Notes: generated by a model from the letters alone, not told the origin. A stretch of DNA of 57,748 nt from a virus (IMGVR_UViG_3300042332_001032:1-57748), one strand, 5' to 3'; positions 8,644 to 19,339 are shown, counted from the first letter of the stretch. Numbers and translations are program-made.

Positions 8644-10042
8644 GGTGAGTGGCTGAGAAATCTAGGCGATCTTTAGTCGTCTAGATGAATCAGCTAAAAT
8701 ATTTTTATAAATCTTAATATTTTTTGTAAAAAATACGTTCGTCTGAGATAAGTAATAATAGATGATCGGAAAAGTACAAGAACTAAAAGAGAACGAAATG
8801 CACAAAGCATTTAAGTTCCGTTTGCTTCCTACAAAGGAGCAGGAAGTTCTTTTGGCAAAGCATTTTGGCTGTTCAAGATTCATCTATAATCATTTTTTAG
8901 CTGAAAAACAGAAGCATTATTCGGAAAACAAAGAGACACTAAAATTCAATGTTTGTCAAAATATGCTTATAAAGCAGAAAAAGGACGAAGGTTATGATTG
9001 GCTTAAAGAAGTTAATTCTCAATGTTTAGTAGCGACATTGGTCAATTTAGAGACAGCATATACAAACTTTTTCAAGAAAAAATCTAAATTCCCTCGTTTT
9101 AAATCAAAAAAGAACAAAAATAGTTTCAATATTCCTCAACATGTTTCTTTGAAAGAACGTAACGTAGTTCAAATTCCAAAGTTCAAAGAAGGAATCAAAT
9201 TTGTTAAGCACAGAGAACTAAAAGGAGTTATTAAGAGCGCAACTGTTTCAAAGAATCCTTCTGGAAAATATTATATCTCTTTTCTTTGTGTTATAGAAAA
9301 ACCAACTAAACACAAAAAGACTGGAAAGAGCATCGGAATTGATTTAGGATTAAAGGATTTCATTATTACTTCTGAGGGACAAAGGTACTGTAATCCTAAG
9401 TTCACTAAAAAGTACGAGGTTAAGTTAGCAAGAAAACAAAGAATTTTAAGCAGAAAGGTAAAAGAATCGAAAGGAAGAGACAAAGCTCGTTTGAGCGTTG
9501 CAAAGGTACATGAGAAGATAACCAATTCTCGGAACGATATGCAACATAAAGTCTCCTCCAAGTTAGTAAGAGACTATGATCTGATTGCAATAGAAGACCT
9601 GAACGTGAAAGGAATGGTTAAGAACCATTGCTTAGCTAAGGCAATATCAGATGTAGCTTGGTCAAGCTTTGTGACCAAATTAAAATACAAAGCAGAATGG
9701 AACGGAAAAGAAGTGATTGTAATAGATCGTTTCTACCCGTCTTCCAAAACATGTAGTTGCTGTGATCACATCAAAGAGTCGCTTAGTCTCGATGAAAGGA
9801 CTTGGACTTGTTCTAAATGCAACACAATACATGACAGAGATGTTAATGCTTCGAAAAACATTTTAAGAAGAGCATTAGCAATTCAATCGGCAGGAACTGT
9901 CGATAACAGGAATGGAGCTAAGGTAAGACCAAAGGAGATCTCAAAGGTTTCTAGAGGCACTGGCGTTGAAGTTCTTAAAAAGAAGAATGGACGTAAGTAC
10001 ATTCTGAAGCCAGTAGGTCTTTAGTGTCTACAGGTAGTTCAC
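8644..10042 (+). mobile_element. IS200/IS605-family (IS1341-type, tnpB-only) element 1
   Basis: TTAA target, left hairpin with AAAT guide, tnpB, right hairpin with GAAG guide and TCAC end. Confidence 0.92.
8762..10024 (+). CDS. tnpB: RNA-guided endonuclease TnpB
   Basis: KAFKFRL N-terminus, RuvC GIDLG / IEDL / DRDVNA, CxxC..CxxC zinc ribbon; alternative start 8798. Confidence 0.97.
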   Translation: MIGKVQELKENEMHKAFKFRLLPTKEQEVLLAKHFGCSRFIYNHFLAEKQKHYSENKETLKFNVCQNMLIKQKKDEGYDWLKEVNSQCLVATLVNLETAYTNFFKKKSKFPRFKSKKNKNSFNIPQHVSLKERNVVQIPKFKEGIKFVKHRELKGVIKSATVSKNPSGKYYISFLCVIEKPTKHKKTGKSIGIDLGLKDFIITSEGQRYCNPKFTKKYEVKLARKQRILSRKVKESKGRDKARLSVAKVHEKITNSRNDMQHKVSSKLVRDYDLIAIEDLNVKGMVKNHCLAKAISDVAWSSFVTKLKYKAEWNGKEVIVIDRFYPSSKTCSCCDHIKESLSLDERTWTCSKCNTIHDRDVNASKNILRRALAIQSAGTVDNRNGAKVRPKEISKVSRGTGVEVLKKKNGRKYILKPVGL

Positions 10043-10062
10043 GTAAAGCTAAGATTAACTTC
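9885..10062 (+). ncRNA. Predicted omegaRNA of element 1 (scaffold + ~20-nt flank-derived guide GTAAAGCTAAGATTAACTTC)
   Basis: Scaffold from ATCGGCAGGAACTGTCGAT to TTCAC is conserved with compensatory changes across copies; boundaries approximate. Confidence 0.75.
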
Positions 10063-12222
10063 ATAGAACGCGTTTTTATGCGCTAAGCTGGTAAATGTAT
10101 TAGTGTTTGCTATTACCGTGTATGTTTGATTAGGTTGTAATAAGAACTTCGGTATTACGTGCTGTACGACATTCGCGTTTGATGCTGTGCATATATACGA
10201 ACCATTAAATTGAGGTGCTTGTTGCGGAGCTGTTGCTGTAGTGACAGCTGTTCCTTGATAGTAAACCGTAAATGCTTCTAATACACCTTGAGTTTGTACG
10301 GATTCACCATTTATTTTTAATGTTAAAACTGAAGGGCAATTTTTTGTAGTAATGTTAGCAGTCGCGGAGCCGAACATTGTTGTTATAGGGGATGTGCAAC
10401 TATCAGACATTTTATAACGTGCTTTAAGTTTATCGCTACTTATCACCCATTCAGATAGATCTGAATCTTGACCGAATGTAGTAGACCATGATACAGACGG
10501 CTTATCACAAATTACCTTATTTGCAAACGGTTCAACACACGTTGGATCGAAATAACTAAATAACGAGCAATAATTTTCCCACAAATAATTTATATTTCTA
10601 TTAACAACAATAGAGGTAACAGGTTCGTTTTGTCCAATAAAAAGCTCTTCTTTTTTATACTTTGGCGGTTTATACCCTTTACAATACGTACCATCGTATT
10701 GTAAGGTAGATCTGAATATCTCTATATTATCCCACATACGCTGAAAGGATTTATTATACACCCAATCCTGTATATACTCATCTTTATCGATCAATACCTG
10801 TTCGAGAGACCAAAAATTAGACGGTAGAGAGCTCTTTGTTGCTCTTTGTTTTAAAATGTGTACGTATTTGATAATTTTATCTCCGAATGTTACTAATGTG
10901 CTTCTAAACTCATCCTGATATATGCTGTTTATGTTTTCTACGCATTTTTTATCTTTAAATAAATAATCAAATTCAATACCAGTTCTTACGTATTTTCTTA
11001 CAAATGTATTATATGTTACATATATTATTTGCTTATTAAAGTTCGTGTTAATTTTTTTAGGTATCTGTGTTGTATCAATAGCGTATTTAAAAAGAAAATT
11101 ACCTGTGTAATCATACACTCTTATCGAGTTACTAGTTAATACGTGTACCTGATCAATTTCGTCAATAGCTACACTCAGCGGTGATACTAAATCACTGTCA
11201 ACAATGGTTGTTATCCAATTACCAGCAGGAGTGTAGCATTTAACACAATTGTTACCTGTATCTGTAACCCAGACGTTATCGTTGTTATCAATATGTATAT
11301 CATTAGGCTTTAAAAATTTATTTGTAGAAGCAATTGTACCGACTCCTCCCCATAAATTAAGCAACGTCCATGGTTTATTTGCAGTTACATCAAAACTATA
11401 TACAGCTACCTTACATTGCACGTTATCTAGCACGTATATATGATTAGCGCTATTTATCGCGATACCGCATATACTAGAAAACCGTACCACATTATCTATC
11501 GTGTATCGTACCCCTAATTGCGTAGACGTGTAATTAGATGAAAGCACGTAAAATGTCGTAGAGCGAGAAACGTAAAGTATATTGTCTCTAGAAGCAATAC
11601 CAGTATAAAAACATTTTTGTGTCGAGGAGCAATTACCGATAGGTTCGTAATAATCATCGATTAAAGGTATATTTACATTCCATATACCATCATCACACCG
11701 CGAACTATCATTACCGTCACAAGGTTCGGAGTTCCATATCTTTGCGTACTCGTTATTATCCCTTGTCATCTTCCATGTTATAGGTAATTCAGCTTTTGCT
11801 GTCGAACGCATCTCCCAATCCCAATCTGTACAGTATTTACCGAAACAGGATTTCTTAGTACACTCATGTCCTTGAAACGATAAGCATGGATCTATATCTG
11901 TACCAACACACTCTAAATCTTTCCACTTTACAACTCGAGGATTTGTTGCACTGCAATCAGTTTCACTCCAGTATATAGTTTTACAATTAAATTCGTTTTC
12001 AGGTAACGGCCCTAGCCAACCGTAGTACTCAATATAATCATAGAGCTGACAGTTTCTACTATCCAATTGCAAAAGACCGTTATGCATTACGCGTAACGAG
12101 TTATTGATATTATCTTCAACAGCAATTTCGTTAGGCATTATAAGACCAGTCTTATTACATGAAACTGGTAATTCCATACCTTTAGGAACACATCTTGTAA
12201 CGTCTATTAAATTGTTAATCAT
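10039..12222 (-). CDS. NHL-repeat virion protein
   Basis: KFLKPNDIHID..NVWVTDTGNN, PLSVAID NHL motifs; Cys/Trp-rich N-terminus. Confidence 0.8.
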   Translation of the reverse strand: MINNLIDVTRCVPKGMELPVSCNKTGLIMPNEIAVEDNINNSLRVMHNGLLQLDSRNCQLYDYIEYYGWLGPLPENEFNCKTIYWSETDCSATNPRVVKWKDLECVGTDIDPCLSFQGHECTKKSCFGKYCTDWDWEMRSTAKAELPITWKMTRDNNEYAKIWNSEPCDGNDSSRCDDGIWNVNIPLIDDYYEPIGNCSSTQKCFYTGIASRDNILYVSRSTTFYVLSSNYTSTQLGVRYTIDNVVRFSSICGIAINSANHIYVLDNVQCKVAVYSFDVTANKPWTLLNLWGGVGTIASTNKFLKPNDIHIDNNDNVWVTDTGNNCVKCYTPAGNWITTIVDSDLVSPLSVAIDEIDQVHVLTSNSIRVYDYTGNFLFKYAIDTTQIPKKINTNFNKQIIYVTYNTFVRKYVRTGIEFDYLFKDKKCVENINSIYQDEFRSTLVTFGDKIIKYVHILKQRATKSSLPSNFWSLEQVLIDKDEYIQDWVYNKSFQRMWDNIEIFRSTLQYDGTYCKGYKPPKYKKEELFIGQNEPVTSIVVNRNINYLWENYCSLFSYFDPTCVEPFANKVICDKPSVSWSTTFGQDSDLSEWVISSDKLKARYKMSDSCTSPITTMFGSATANITTKNCPSVLTLKINGESVQTQGVLEAFTVYYQGTAVTTATAPQQAPQFNGSYICTASNANVVQHVIPKFLLQPNQTYTVIANTNTFTSLAHKNAFYEVNLSFT

Positions 12223-13804
12223 AAAAATTTACTACCTTAATAATATTTGCAAACGTTTGTACTCTCACGCTACCATTAACTGTAGTTGTAGTAATATTTA
12301 ATGTTTTATATCCCGCTGTATTGTATATTTTTTTGAAATCTAAATACATACTAGCGCTCGTAAGAGTTTGTACGGTACCGTCTCCGTAATCAATTTTAAT
12401 ACTTAATAGAGAACTTATATTGGTAGTAAGGTTTTCGAATTTTACTTCTCTACCAGCTAAAACAAATCTATTAGGCGTGTATATTTTAACGTAAGGTGCA
12501 GCTCTAACAACAGCCGTTAAGGACTCGCATAACGTTGTACGCTTAACATTCGGAGTATAATTGATAAGATCAATACCTTGTTCGTAGAGCGAATTTAATA
12601 TTAAATCGGTGTAGTAAGCTGTAGTAGCATCTGGGCTAACTACCTCGGTGCCTTTATATAGCACTTGATGTTTATATTTTATATTACTATTAAACTCTGC
12701 TAGACTACTCTGAGGAGTATAGTTGCTACCAATGCCAGTCTGTACTGATGATAAATGAGATGTAAAAGCGGGGCATCTATCTACGTTATTTGCATAAGTT
12801 GTAGCTAGAATTGTTGCTTTATAAAAATCCGAGGATGGTGTACCGGTTAAAAACGTTTTAAATGTCGAAATATCTGTATCATATGTACTTGTTTTAGCGG
12901 GATTAGTACAGCTCGTTACGTATGCGCTCGGGGAATCAGTAAACAGTAAATACACATTACTCGTACCATCGCCACTCAACGCCTGGTATCCACTTGACAT
13001 TAACGTTTTTAAATATCTTTTATCTCCGTTAGCGGGTTGTACTTTAATTATATCGTTTATATCTGTTATTAAATGATTGGTAGCTGTAAAATAATTTATA
13101 GCACGCGGTTTTATAACAGTGTCAACTATATTAACAATTTCGCTATGTATTTGAGACATAGTACCCTGATCAGTAAAGAGTGTAATAGTATTAAAGACAC
13201 TTTCACATTTTATATCTTGGCAAACTTTCACATTTAGTATAGTGTCTTTTTCAAGAGAGAACGTGTAAGGCGATAAACCATCTTGAGAGTACTTTAAAAA
13301 ATACGGAAACTTATTAATTTCTGAACCTAAGGATGTACTAACTGACCAGTTTTTTGTAGAGAGGTTCCAAATTACATAATCTTTCTCACAACCACATAAA
13401 ACAGTTGTAGCGGTAATTGTAGAGGGTTGCACATGTGGTTCTTTTATCCATCTTTTTTCATACGAATTACCACACTTTACGTTTTCCCATGTAGAAGGTT
13501 TATGAGTAAACGTATTTAAAGGCATAGTTGCCGGGGATGAGCATCCTTTAAATGTTGACCATTTCCATGAAACCCCATAAGCCTCAACGCACGGATCTGT
13601 TAATGGAGTAGGTGTAACGATACCACCAACATTTAGTAGCGTTGTATAAAACAGCCCTTCAAATGCTGTAGGTGTTAGGTTGTGATAGAGATTAATAATA
13701 TTATCTCCTGCAGTAGACGTAATGTTATTCAGTGTGTCTCCGTTAAATGTGGTAACTGCTGATAGAAAATTATTAATACTATAGTTTCTTGTTATAGTTG
13801 TCAT
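12215..13804 (-). CDS. Virion protein with C-terminal PKD-like domain
   Basis: V.FEN....IDYGDG....IY...GYKT motif. Confidence 0.7.
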   Translation of the reverse strand: MTTITRNYSINNFLSAVTTFNGDTLNNITSTAGDNIINLYHNLTPTAFEGLFYTTLLNVGGIVTPTPLTDPCVEAYGVSWKWSTFKGCSSPATMPLNTFTHKPSTWENVKCGNSYEKRWIKEPHVQPSTITATTVLCGCEKDYVIWNLSTKNWSVSTSLGSEINKFPYFLKYSQDGLSPYTFSLEKDTILNVKVCQDIKCESVFNTITLFTDQGTMSQIHSEIVNIVDTVIKPRAINYFTATNHLITDINDIIKVQPANGDKRYLKTLMSSGYQALSGDGTSNVYLLFTDSPSAYVTSCTNPAKTSTYDTDISTFKTFLTGTPSSDFYKATILATTYANNVDRCPAFTSHLSSVQTGIGSNYTPQSSLAEFNSNIKYKHQVLYKGTEVVSPDATTAYYTDLILNSLYEQGIDLINYTPNVKRTTLCESLTAVVRAAPYVKIYTPNRFVLAGREVKFENLTTNISSLLSIKIDYGDGTVQTLTSASMYLDFKKIYNTAGYKTLNITTTTVNGSVRVQTFANIIKVVNFYD

Positions 13805-13809
13805 GCTTA

Positions 13810-15633
13810 TTATTCTAAATCTATATTAGTACCATTTTCTAGTTGTATACATGTAACAAAGTCTTCTAGCGCAAGACCTGCACACAAAACCGGTAGTGGC
13901 TGTAAACACGTACAGCAAGATAATGTACCGAAACCGAAAATATCCGGTCTACCAGAAGATAGATTCTGTACTAAGTTATTCCACATCGTAAACTTATCCA
14001 TGTTTACATATGCGTTATAGTACGGGACAGGGCCGCCGCCAGTTTTATAATTACCCATACCCTGAACGCTTAATAGATAATAACCATCAGTTAAACGAAC
14101 CGCCATAGAGTAAGAGGTACTCGTAGACATGCTAACCGCTGATACACCAGGTGCCAGGTTCCTTGCTACAAATGGAACAGGTCCGTACCCATAACTACCA
14201 CCGTCTCCTCTGTAACAAAGTATTCGTTTGTTTGTAAGAAGTACATAATGGAACTCGTTACTAGCACCGTCAACAAAATACTCTCCAGCTCCTAAAGGAA
14301 GACCTGGTAAAGTTGCTGGCGTATTAGAACGAGCAGTTAACCAACTAAAACTACCTAGATGTCTTGTACTGGTCGTTAACCGATATATCTTAGTAGGATC
14401 TGACTTAAGACATACAAAGCAAGAGTTTCCTGGATCTCCGATTTGAGCAAATAATATATCGCTATCATCTAAGTTTAAAATTTGTCTTGCTTCGTAATCA
14501 GCACTCGTATACGTGTCACTTCTCAATGTAACATGCCACACCGTGTCATCGTATTTGGCAACAATGCAGTCAGAGTTATGTGCTTGGTTAATTGCTACTA
14601 CTCTACTTACATTTGTTAATATAACCCGTGGCGGGTTATATCTGTTTCTCAAATCTAACTCAACGAGATCTCCGCTGGTTAATAAGACGACTTGGCAGTT
14701 TGTCCATGCATAAGATGACGGCATGAATATGTCTTTAAATGCATGTAAATTATCACTTATCCAAGAATAATGAAACGGCCCTCTCGATTTAATAGGATCT
14801 GTAGTATCTTCGGTATAGAATACGTTACCGTTCCGGAAAATAGCTGCCTGGTTATGGTTACCGGCACACATTCTTAAAATACCACTTAACCCGTAATACG
14901 ATATACCACCAAAAGAAGTGGTATAGGCGTAAGTAGTATAGCTTGAACCTACAATAGGGGCGTAATATGAGTCCTTATATTCAAGTGGTGCGTACATCAC
15001 ATCTCTATTAACGAAATTAAATGTATTCCATCTATACCCACCTTCTCCTTGTAACGTAAATCTATCGAGAAGATCCTGTCTTTTCGGTACATCTCCAGGA
15101 CAGCAAATCCTCGAACTTAAAGAGTTAACTTTATTAGCAAGGCCGCAATAAGTGCTCTCGAGACTTTTAAAGTTATTGATAATCTTTTGATAAGAATCTC
15201 CTATGTACTCATCTGTGCTTATACCATCGGTGTAAAAGCATTGCGGAGTAGTTACAGGTGTTAACATTGTCTTACCAATAGAGTGGTTAACGACAATAGC
15301 CGATAAAGATTTTATACTTGTTACAAGAGAACATGAAAGGTCGCTAAGTGTATTAAAACTTGAATTTAATGGTACCCTCGTATCCGTAACACATGTATTA
15401 GCAGGTGGTATACTTACTAGGTCACAATTGTTTATATTAGAATTAGATATACTACATTTCGGAGTTTCAGGTATTTTAAGTTTAGCTAGGGTAGCGCTTA
15501 AGGATTCGATTGTACCTAATATTTCACATGCATTAACATCTAGAATTTGAAAATTATCGTTAATCTTTCTTAAAGATGTGCCAAGATACTCGTAATCAGC
15601 GATTACTTGTGTTGATCTGTTACATGCGTCCAT
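13810..15633 (-). CDS. Putative tail fibre/receptor-binding protein
   Basis: Three copies of the G.S..KI..NF..L motif followed by a beta-rich domain. Confidence 0.65.
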   Translation of the reverse strand: MDACNRSTQVIADYEYLGTSLRKINDNFQILDVNACEILGTIESLSATLAKLKIPETPKCSISNSNINNCDLVSIPPANTCVTDTRVPLNSSFNTLSDLSCSLVTSIKSLSAIVVNHSIGKTMLTPVTTPQCFYTDGISTDEYIGDSYQKIINNFKSLESTYCGLANKVNSLSSRICCPGDVPKRQDLLDRFTLQGEGGYRWNTFNFVNRDVMYAPLEYKDSYYAPIVGSSYTTYAYTTSFGGISYYGLSGILRMCAGNHNQAAIFRNGNVFYTEDTTDPIKSRGPFHYSWISDNLHAFKDIFMPSSYAWTNCQVVLLTSGDLVELDLRNRYNPPRVILTNVSRVVAINQAHNSDCIVAKYDDTVWHVTLRSDTYTSADYEARQILNLDDSDILFAQIGDPGNSCFVCLKSDPTKIYRLTTSTRHLGSFSWLTARSNTPATLPGLPLGAGEYFVDGASNEFHYVLLTNKRILCYRGDGGSYGYGPVPFVARNLAPGVSAVSMSTSTSYSMAVRLTDGYYLLSVQGMGNYKTGGGPVPYYNAYVNMDKFTMWNNLVQNLSSGRPDIFGFGTLSCCTCLQPLPVLCAGLALEDFVTCIQLENGTNIDLE

Positions 15634-15648
15634 TATTGATTATTTATG

Positions 15649-15677
15649 TTGCTTGTTCCGGTTTCACCAGTTATGAT
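15649..15677 (+). promoter_or_regulatory. Sigma70-like promoter with GTTCC extension
   Basis: TTGCTT-GTTCC..17 bp..TATGAT. Confidence 0.65.
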
Positions 15678-15684
15678 ATAAATT

Positions 15685-16218
15685 ATGAACATTTTTGTTA
15701 CTAATGAAGACCCTATCGTTTCAGCAAGAGAGCTCTGTGACCAGCACTGCAGATCGAAAATGATGATAGAATCTGCAATTATGCTACAGAATTGCTTTAC
15801 AAACGAGCAGCTCAATGATGAACTGTGTCCTCGAACAAAGACCGGTAAACCTAGAAAATCAGGAAAAGGTTACGCCAAGCATCAATGTACTGTTTGGGTT
15901 AAAGAATCAAAAGAAAATTATATGTGGCTTGTTGAACATGCTTTGGAAATGTTTAATGAAAGAAATCATAGATGGCCAGGTTCAAATGAACATTTCACTA
16001 AGACATTTATAAAATGGTGTAAAGATAATAAAGATTATACTATACATACAAAAACAGCACTCACGCCCTTTACAGTAGCTATCAGTCAAGACAGTAAATG
16101 TCGTACAGTTATTAATAATTTTGATAATTTAGCAGTTACCGAACAATATAAACAATACATTAAGCACGATAAAGACTTTGCTACCTGGACGACAAGAAAT
16201 AAGCCTAGCTGGTATTGA
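15685..16218 (+). CDS. denV: Pyrimidine-dimer DNA glycosylase (DenV/Pyr_excise family)
   Basis: MNIF....P...A..LCD.H..KM..ESA.ML, H.CT.W, NY.WL..H. Confidence 0.8.
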   Translation: MNIFVTNEDPIVSARELCDQHCRSKMMIESAIMLQNCFTNEQLNDELCPRTKTGKPRKSGKGYAKHQCTVWVKESKENYMWLVEHALEMFNERNHRWPGSNEHFTKTFIKWCKDNKDYTIHTKTALTPFTVAISQDSKCRTVINNFDNLAVTEQYKQYIKHDKDFATWTTRNKPSWY

Positions 16219-16258
16219 TTTAGTAGATTAAGTATTAGGTGCACGTATAATTATCTTT

Positions 16259-17815
16259 ATGAAAAACGAAATTACTGCATTTCTTAAACAAGAATATAAT
16301 GATTCATTACGGTTTTTAAAACCGAAAATGTTCATTAAACGATTTGGTCAAGATGTGTACAATAATATATGCGATTTTACACTTTTTTTAGAACATTCTG
16401 TACCATTTTCAAGACGAGTTTATTGTTTTCTCAACGATATAAGCGCAACACCTCTCTGTAAAGTATGTAATAAGGAGGTGAAATATAATCATAACACAGG
16501 TTATCAAAAATATTGTTCGAATGCTTGTAGACTATCTGATATTAAAAACATACAAGATATTAAACGACAGACTAATATTAGAAAGTATGGAACAACAAAT
16601 GTACTTACAAGTGTGTACGGTAAAGCAAAAAAGAAAGAAACATGTATTGAAAAATACGGAGTCGATAATTATGTAAAAACAGACGAATATAAAAATAGAA
16701 TAAAAACAGGAGATATAACGAGAGTATACAATACTGAGAAAAATAAAATTGTAAGTAGAGAAAAATATTATAAATTACTTGCCGTAAAATATCCAACTCT
16801 TACTCCACTTTTTTGTGTTGATGAATATAGAGGTGCGAATTCATACGATATTGTTTACCCGTGGCAGTGTGTAACATGTAACAAAAAATTTGAGCACTGG
16901 ATTAATAATAATTACCCCATCTTATGTCCGTATTGTAAGCCAAAGGGTACGTATTATGAGAATGTACTTAAAAAATTTTTTGAAAAATATAACATAGAGT
17001 ATATTTTTCGAGACAGAAAAAAACTTAACAATCTTGAAATCGACTTTTATTTACCGGGGTGTAACTTAGGCATAGAAATTAACGGTTTGTACTGGCATTC
17101 TGAAAAAAATATTACAGATCGTAATTATCATTTTAAAAAGACAGAAGAAGCTTTAGCAAACAACATAAGACTTATTCAGATTTTTGAGGATGAGTTTTAT
17201 AGTAAACAGGCAATTGTATTCTCGAGATTAAAGCATATATTAAACTTGCAAACCCGTTCAATATACGCAAGAGAGTGTTGTATTGAATCAATTACTAATC
17301 ATGTGAAAAGTTTATTCAATGAAAAATATCATATACAGGGAGATGTTAATACGAGTATCAACTACGGGTTATATTATAAAAAGAGACTCGTAGCCGTTAT
17401 GACGTTCTCAAAGCTTAGAAAAGCATTAGGTAGTAATTCTGAAGAAAATGTATACGAGCTTGTAAGATATTGCACAGTAAAAAACTTTAACATAGTCGGG
17501 GGAGCTGGAAAGCTTTTAAAATACTTCTGTAAAAATAACAACGTTAAAAAAATAATTAGCTACGCTGATAGAAGATGGTCATTAGGTAGCGTGTATGAAG
17601 CCATTGGTTTCACGCGAGAAAAAATAACATCTCCTAACTATTGGTATACAAAAAATTACACTACTCGTTTGCATAGATTCAATTTTCAAAAACATCTTTT
17701 AAAGGGTAAATTAGACGTGTATGATGAAAACCTCACTGAATGGGAGAATATGAAAGCCAACGGCTATACAAGAGTGTGGGATTGTGGTCATTTAAAGTAC
17801 GTAATGCAGACCTAA
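16259..17815 (+). CDS. Hef-like putative homing endonuclease
   Basis: KYG repeats, EIDFY...IEINGLYWHS PD-(D/E)xK motif, C-terminal ELVRY/SYADRRWS/WDCG domain. Confidence 0.8.
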   Translation: MKNEITAFLKQEYNDSLRFLKPKMFIKRFGQDVYNNICDFTLFLEHSVPFSRRVYCFLNDISATPLCKVCNKEVKYNHNTGYQKYCSNACRLSDIKNIQDIKRQTNIRKYGTTNVLTSVYGKAKKKETCIEKYGVDNYVKTDEYKNRIKTGDITRVYNTEKNKIVSREKYYKLLAVKYPTLTPLFCVDEYRGANSYDIVYPWQCVTCNKKFEHWINNNYPILCPYCKPKGTYYENVLKKFFEKYNIEYIFRDRKKLNNLEIDFYLPGCNLGIEINGLYWHSEKNITDRNYHFKKTEEALANNIRLIQIFEDEFYSKQAIVFSRLKHILNLQTRSIYARECCIESITNHVKSLFNEKYHIQGDVNTSINYGLYYKKRLVAVMTFSKLRKALGSNSEENVYELVRYCTVKNFNIVGGAGKLLKYFCKNNNVKKIISYADRRWSLGSVYEAIGFTREKITSPNYWYTKNYTTRLHRFNFQKHLLKGKLDVYDENLTEWENMKANGYTRVWDCGHLKYVMQT

Positions 17816-17834
17816 GATACGATCCACTTGAAAC

Positions 17835-17870
17835 AAAAAAAAAGCTTTGGCGAACCAAAGCTTTTTTTTT
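17835..17870. terminator. Bidirectional terminator between the HEG and gp23
   Basis: A-tract GCTTTGG-CGAA-CCAAAGC T-tract. Confidence 0.9.
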
Positions 17871-17896
17871 GATTGTTAATATTACTGTTAACTGTA

Positions 17897-19339
17897 TTAG
17901 AGATAACGTTTTGCAGCGCCAGCTTCCATACCAACCCCAAGACCTTGAACAATCAAGAGATGGTAATATAGATTAGCCCCGAATATATGGTCGACTACCC
18001 CGTAGCGGGTCAAGAGACCAACACGTGGTGAGAAGTCATTCGGCGCGATGGTTCTCTGAACCATAACAGGAATGTACGGGCAGTACACGATTCCAGTATC
18101 GTAGAATTCGCTCCCCTTATAGCCTAGTAAGGCGTAGTCAGTTGTAGGACGTGTTTGTGCATAACCACCACCGTAGCCACCTTGCTGGGCTTCAGTACGT
18201 GTATCGCGGTAAATCTGGAAGCGACCACCAACTGAACCAACCTTAGCAATACCAGTAGGCGCAGTGTTGACGTTACCGGCAACAGGCATCCAGGTGAAGT
18301 TAGGAAGGGACTCGAGGATAGCGCAAACACGAGGAGTACCAATGATGAAGTTAGCTGCACCACGACGGTTACGGATAGCAACGCGGTTGGCTTCAACGAT
18401 CAAACGATTGTAGAAGTCACGAGCGCGCTCACCAGACCAACGGCCGTCAGCAGAAGCTGCATGCCAGATGGAGTAACCGGTGTCAAGACCAGCATTCAAG
18501 CAAGTCTGAAGCATACGAGCGATCATTTCACGGTCGATTTCGGCTTGAATTTCATACGACATAGCGTTTGTTAATTCAGCGTCAACGTCGATGCCGTTCA
18601 TGTTACGAAGATCTTGCTCAAGTTCAGTTGACCATTTAGCAGCAAGACGACGTGTACCAGCTTCAACAGCAGTTTTGCTGAATTCGAGAGTCATTTGAGG
18701 AATCTTCGAGGTCAATTCGAACTGACTGATAAGGTTAGCAACACCAGAGTCTTCAACAGCCATTGGGAACAAGGAGTTGCCTGTCAACTGAGCACTGGAT
18801 GTACCAGTGAAGGTCGTGTTGAGGTAGTTATAACCAATTTCTTTGCCTTGTGGTACACCGCCACGCAGAGCGTTGTTAAGTGGGTTAGTTGCTAGACCGT
18901 CACTACCATTAGTTGAGAGACCGAGAGCTGTGTCTTCGTATCTATAACGAAGAGCGAAAGCTAGGCCAACTGGACCTGACATGGGCTGTACACCAACGAT
19001 CTCATTAGTAATGAGTTCTGGGAATGTACGGCGAATCATCGGGATGAGGACCTTAGGTAGACGAGCGTCGTTAGGTGCATAGGTATCACTGTTCGGTACT
19101 GCACCGCCGAATTGTCCAGTAGCGGCAGAACCGAAGACTGATCCTGATGAACCAGCGATGTTTGATGCTTCAAAGCACCATTTTTCTTGGTTTTCCAAGA
19201 GCATAGCGGTGCTAAGGCGAATGTGATCGTTTGTGATAGGAGAAACTTTGTCTGAAGTGTAGTCCAAAACTGGAGCCCACTTTTCAACCAAAGATTCAGC
19301 TCTCACTTTATCAATATGTAGAAGAGGATTTTTATCCAT
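17897..19339 (-). CDS. gp23: Major capsid protein
   Basis: LLENQE, GVQPMSGPVGLAFALRY, ELEQDL, EIQAEIDRE, YCPYIP, F.PRVG..TRYG. Confidence 0.98.
   Translation of the reverse strand: MDKNPLLHIDKVRAESLVEKWAPVLDYTSDKVSPITNDHIRLSTAMLLENQEKWCFEASNIAGSSGSVFGSAATGQFGGAVPNSDTYAPNDARLPKVLIPMIRRTFPELITNEIVGVQPMSGPVGLAFALRYRYEDTALGLSTNGSDGLATNPLNNALRGGVPQGKEIGYNYLNTTFTGTSSAQLTGNSLFPMAVEDSGVANLISQFELTSKIPQMTLEFSKTAVEAGTRRLAAKWSTELEQDLRNMNGIDVDAELTNAMSYEIQAEIDREMIARMLQTCLNAGLDTGYSIWHAASADGRWSGERARDFYNRLIVEANRVAIRNRRGAANFIIGTPRVCAILESLPNFTWMPVAGNVNTAPTGIAKVGSVGGRFQIYRDTRTEAQQGGYGGGYAQTRPTTDYALLGYKGSEFYDTGIVYCPYIPVMVQRTIAPNDFSPRVGLLTRYGVVDHIFGANLYYHLLIVQGLGVGMEAGAAKRYL

Noticed and set aside
8644-10042. IS607-type element inserted at GG
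   Set aside because: Subterminal hairpins, guide/cleavage tetramer pairing and TCAC ends fit IS200/IS605; no serine recombinase seen
3726-15633. Diversity-generating retroelement acting on receptor-binding genes
   Set aside because: No reverse transcriptase and no template/variable repeat pair differing at adenines was seen
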